64,000 nt of DNA from Pecten maximus (lineage: Eukaryota), in NCBI RefSeq assembly GCF_902652985.1, contig NC_047018.1, forward strand, positions 33,976,001 to 34,040,000, read 5' to 3'. The notes beneath the pieces are model-generated. The model was not told where the DNA came from and did no database searches. It was given only the letters and a program-made list of their open reading frames with translations. Below, in pieces: positions 61,034 through 64,000 of this stretch (position 1 is its first letter; every line of letters begins with the position of its first letter). Made by a program: the position numbers and the translations under genes.

Positions 61034-63594
61034 CTGGAAATATAACAAACACAGAATTAAATAAAATCTCCTAAAATATCAATATATTGTTATGTTTATT
61101 TTGTTACTATTTCTAGATATCATTGTAACACCAGAATACATACATAACGTCACGATTGATGTTGCCGAGTAGGTACGGTAAAAACAATCAGACATATCGC
61201 GAAAATGACATTTAATTAAAGTCGTCAAATCGAGTATTGAACATCATGTCACCATATGTTGAGATTCTGCAGGGTATTTCAAAATTGGGTCTCTGATTCT
61301 ATGCACAATATTGTATTTATGCTTAATTAATGTTGTAACTGAACCTTAAATTGGCCTTAGAATAGAAATATTTTAAGTTGATGATATTGCAGATAATTAT
61401 GTTATTATTGTTATGATTGAAGTCAGATACACAGTAATAGGGGAGGGGGGGGGGGGGTATATTAATTGTCGCAAAAAAAATACCCTTTTGTTTTTTATCA
61501 AAAATAATCCGCTTCTTAAGGGAGACAATCGAGGGAATTTGAACGTTTATCAGCGATAAGATCACATTTTAAATTTTGTTACCAGAGTTCATATGATAAA
61601 GCTTTTAAACGGGTTGAGCGAGTTGTGTCAGATCAATACATTGACCTGTGTGGTGATGAGGGACACATTCGTTGTTCAGGGACAGTAGCTGAGCCTTGAT
61701 CTGACAGCAGTAAAAGTTAGAGATCTGACATGGCATATTTTGAAGCGACGCTATTGATCAGATTGGTGTATACTTCATACATCATGTAATGTGTGCTCTC
61801 GATAACTGAAATGTAGGAAGATTAATAGGGGATTCGTTTGACAACACACGTTTTCTGTTATATCTACATTAGAAAGCAATATAAATTTGCATTTTGTGGA
61901 AACTGACACTAACTAACGATTCCAAAATCCAATATATATTTTTTCATGTTTTGTAATGTATAACAGACTATTCTTATGAAATATACATAACAATCATCGT
62001 GGATATAGCATCTGTTATTCGAGTTTTGTTTTGATTATTTGCTTCTATGCAAAAATACATTCAAGGCTGCAATAGAGAAAAACGTGTATCATTAGGATAC
62101 TGGTAGTGTGTAAAATTGGTGGGCGAGTTATTTGTTATCGAACCTAAGATCAATTTTGCACAGAAAAAAAACGATTTGGAAGACATTAAATGAGCTTAAT
62201 ATTGGTGTAGCGAAATCTGTATTTCATGCAAAAGATGCATTGTGCAGTACAATGGCATTTCAATGAAATCATGATTTTGTACCGGCTGAATTGAAAGATT
62301 CCGGTGACGGCTATTTTTTTCAATTCTCAGTGGTGCAAGATGATTATATGTCGTTTTCTCTTGCGATTTAAATTATATTCATCAAAATCAAGCACAGATG
62401 CAGGCATTCTACTAATTAACCAAATCAATCGTTCTCCAATCTGCCGGTTAATGCACTTTGAGATTGAAATAACTGTTGAGATAATATAAATGTTTGGTCT
62501 TTTTATGTTGAATGTCGAATATCTAATTAGCATCTAATAATATACTACGACTGCACTTTATGAGGAGTTCAAAATATAGAGAAAAAAAATCCATTATAAC
62601 ATGGAATGCGATTTTCAGTCTTTGACTTTGTTCTTCCAAGCCAGTGGATGCTACCTTGGATTGACTTTGAAGTGATATCAAAACCAATCAAAATCATCTA
62701 CCAAAACGAACGTTTGAAATAACAAGCTGGTCCTGCCTGAATACGAATAATATACTACGTGTTACTTGCTATTTGCAAAAAGACCTAGGAATGATTTATC
62801 AGAGCTAAAAGGACAAACTATTATTTATCATTGTTTTATTTCTAATATATTGAAGTCTATCATAAATTACGATATCTGGCTATATTTACCGTATTTTATT
62901 CTTAGACTGGGGCTATTTGTATCGGTCTTCAGTTATTAATGTAGGGACCTTTTATGATCATTTCAAATTTCGAACATTTAATTAAGTAATGAAAGGTGCC
63001 GCTTCCATGACATTGACTTAAATAAAATAAACCATATAGAATATAGCATTGGTCGAAACCAACGATATCAGCGTCAGACAACGATAAAATACTCCAATGC
63101 TTTTAAAGTGGGAAGGACGTGCATTTTGGTTATTGCAAATATTTCTTATATAAATATCTCAAACATCCATTGGACATTGGGATATTGCAAGTACGAAAAC
63201 AAACATGATATAGACTTGATTTGATCAAAGGTTGAAATAAGGTTACATTCAATCATTATTTACTATGCCATGCTTTTGAATATATGCAATGCATTGTATA
63301 TTGATCTGGTTAATTGTCTTTCAAACTCTCCATTGAATTTATGTTAGACACTATTGTATTACCATTAACAATAGGTATTTGTTTTAATGATTGCAAACAG
63401 TACGTGTATACGATGTAAGGTAATGGAGTTTTAATAAGATATAACTGTTTCATATGGATTCACGGTAAAAGTCAGGTAAATAAGATCGTTATTCGAATTA
63501 TATATCTATATCCATGTCCATATTGAGGGCATGACATTAAGAACAAATTATTGATATTCATTCAGAACATTGACCAAATACAAGGATAAGATAG

Positions 63595-63860
63595 GACAGG
63601 GTGTTCCGGAATTAAAGTTAAATGAATTATAACCTTATCATGAGAAACAGGTTGGCGATGACGAGTCATCAAACTGCTCAGCTCTAGTAGGGCTATTCAA
63701 TATTGATATCCCAATGCTGACGATAAACTTTCCAAGTCTTCATCAACCTGAACCTTTTGTAAACGTGTGACAATTGTATTCGTCATCAGGCGATAACATT
63801 CACAAAACTTGTCTCCTTCCAAGAAGACGTGGTCTGATAGTGAATACTTGGGTTTCAATG
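63595..63860 (-). mobile_element. Decayed 3' end of a CR1-Zenon-like LINE
   Basis: Minus translation RLMKTWKVYRQHWDI (~RL..SLRKFYGRH.DL) followed by TTCCGGAACACCCTGTC, a motif shared with 27965 and 45717. Confidence 0.3.
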
Positions 63861-64000
63861 ATACAATAATGTATATTTACGAAACGTTTATATGCTAAGA
63901 GTAATTACAAGGAGATTTAATTTGGTACCAGTTCAGAATATACATACTAGCATATCTACTGTGGTGCATCATGAATCGGCGTCAGCATTAATATAAATGT

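Noticed and set aside
61034-64000. TM7 (NPxxY) exon of the GPCR
   Set aside because: A manual scan of the minus strand found no NP.IY..S|GT exon; this stretch is treated as intron.

Overview
AT-rich eukaryotic (metazoan) genomic DNA, not prokaryotic. There are no operons, CRISPR arrays or rRNA/tRNA genes. The tRNA-headed SINEs (V-, CORE-, Meta- and Deu/Nin-type cores sharing a GGACGTTAAAC tail), Helentron-type non-autonomous elements and TTAA-flanked Kolobok-type MITEs point to a bivalve mollusc, probably a scallop; this is recognition from memory, not a database result. Most of the window is intergenic or intronic and holds about 15 tandem arrays, including a ~10.5 kb satellite cluster at 35.2-45.7 kb. 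It also holds nested SINEs, a head-to-tail dimer of a Crypton-like element with long terminal hairpins (4.5-5.8 kb), and decayed Tc1 (46.0-46.7 kb) and ISL2EU/Harbinger-type DDE+SWIM (47.2-48.6 kb) transposases. The only convincing host coding sequence is the terminal exon of a class A neuropeptide GPCR (orexin/allatotropin-receptor-like helix 8, AKFRKEFRMTLTCC) on the minus strand at 60795-61033. Its upstream exons were not found and probably lie beyond the window. Nearly all listed ORFs are by-products of repeats or chance. I found no well-supported novel biological system. The best leads are a possible alternative GPCR C-tail, the Crypton dimer, satellites caught changing unit length or arising from a retroelement 3' end, and a heptad minisatellite ORF with synonymous-biased divergence.
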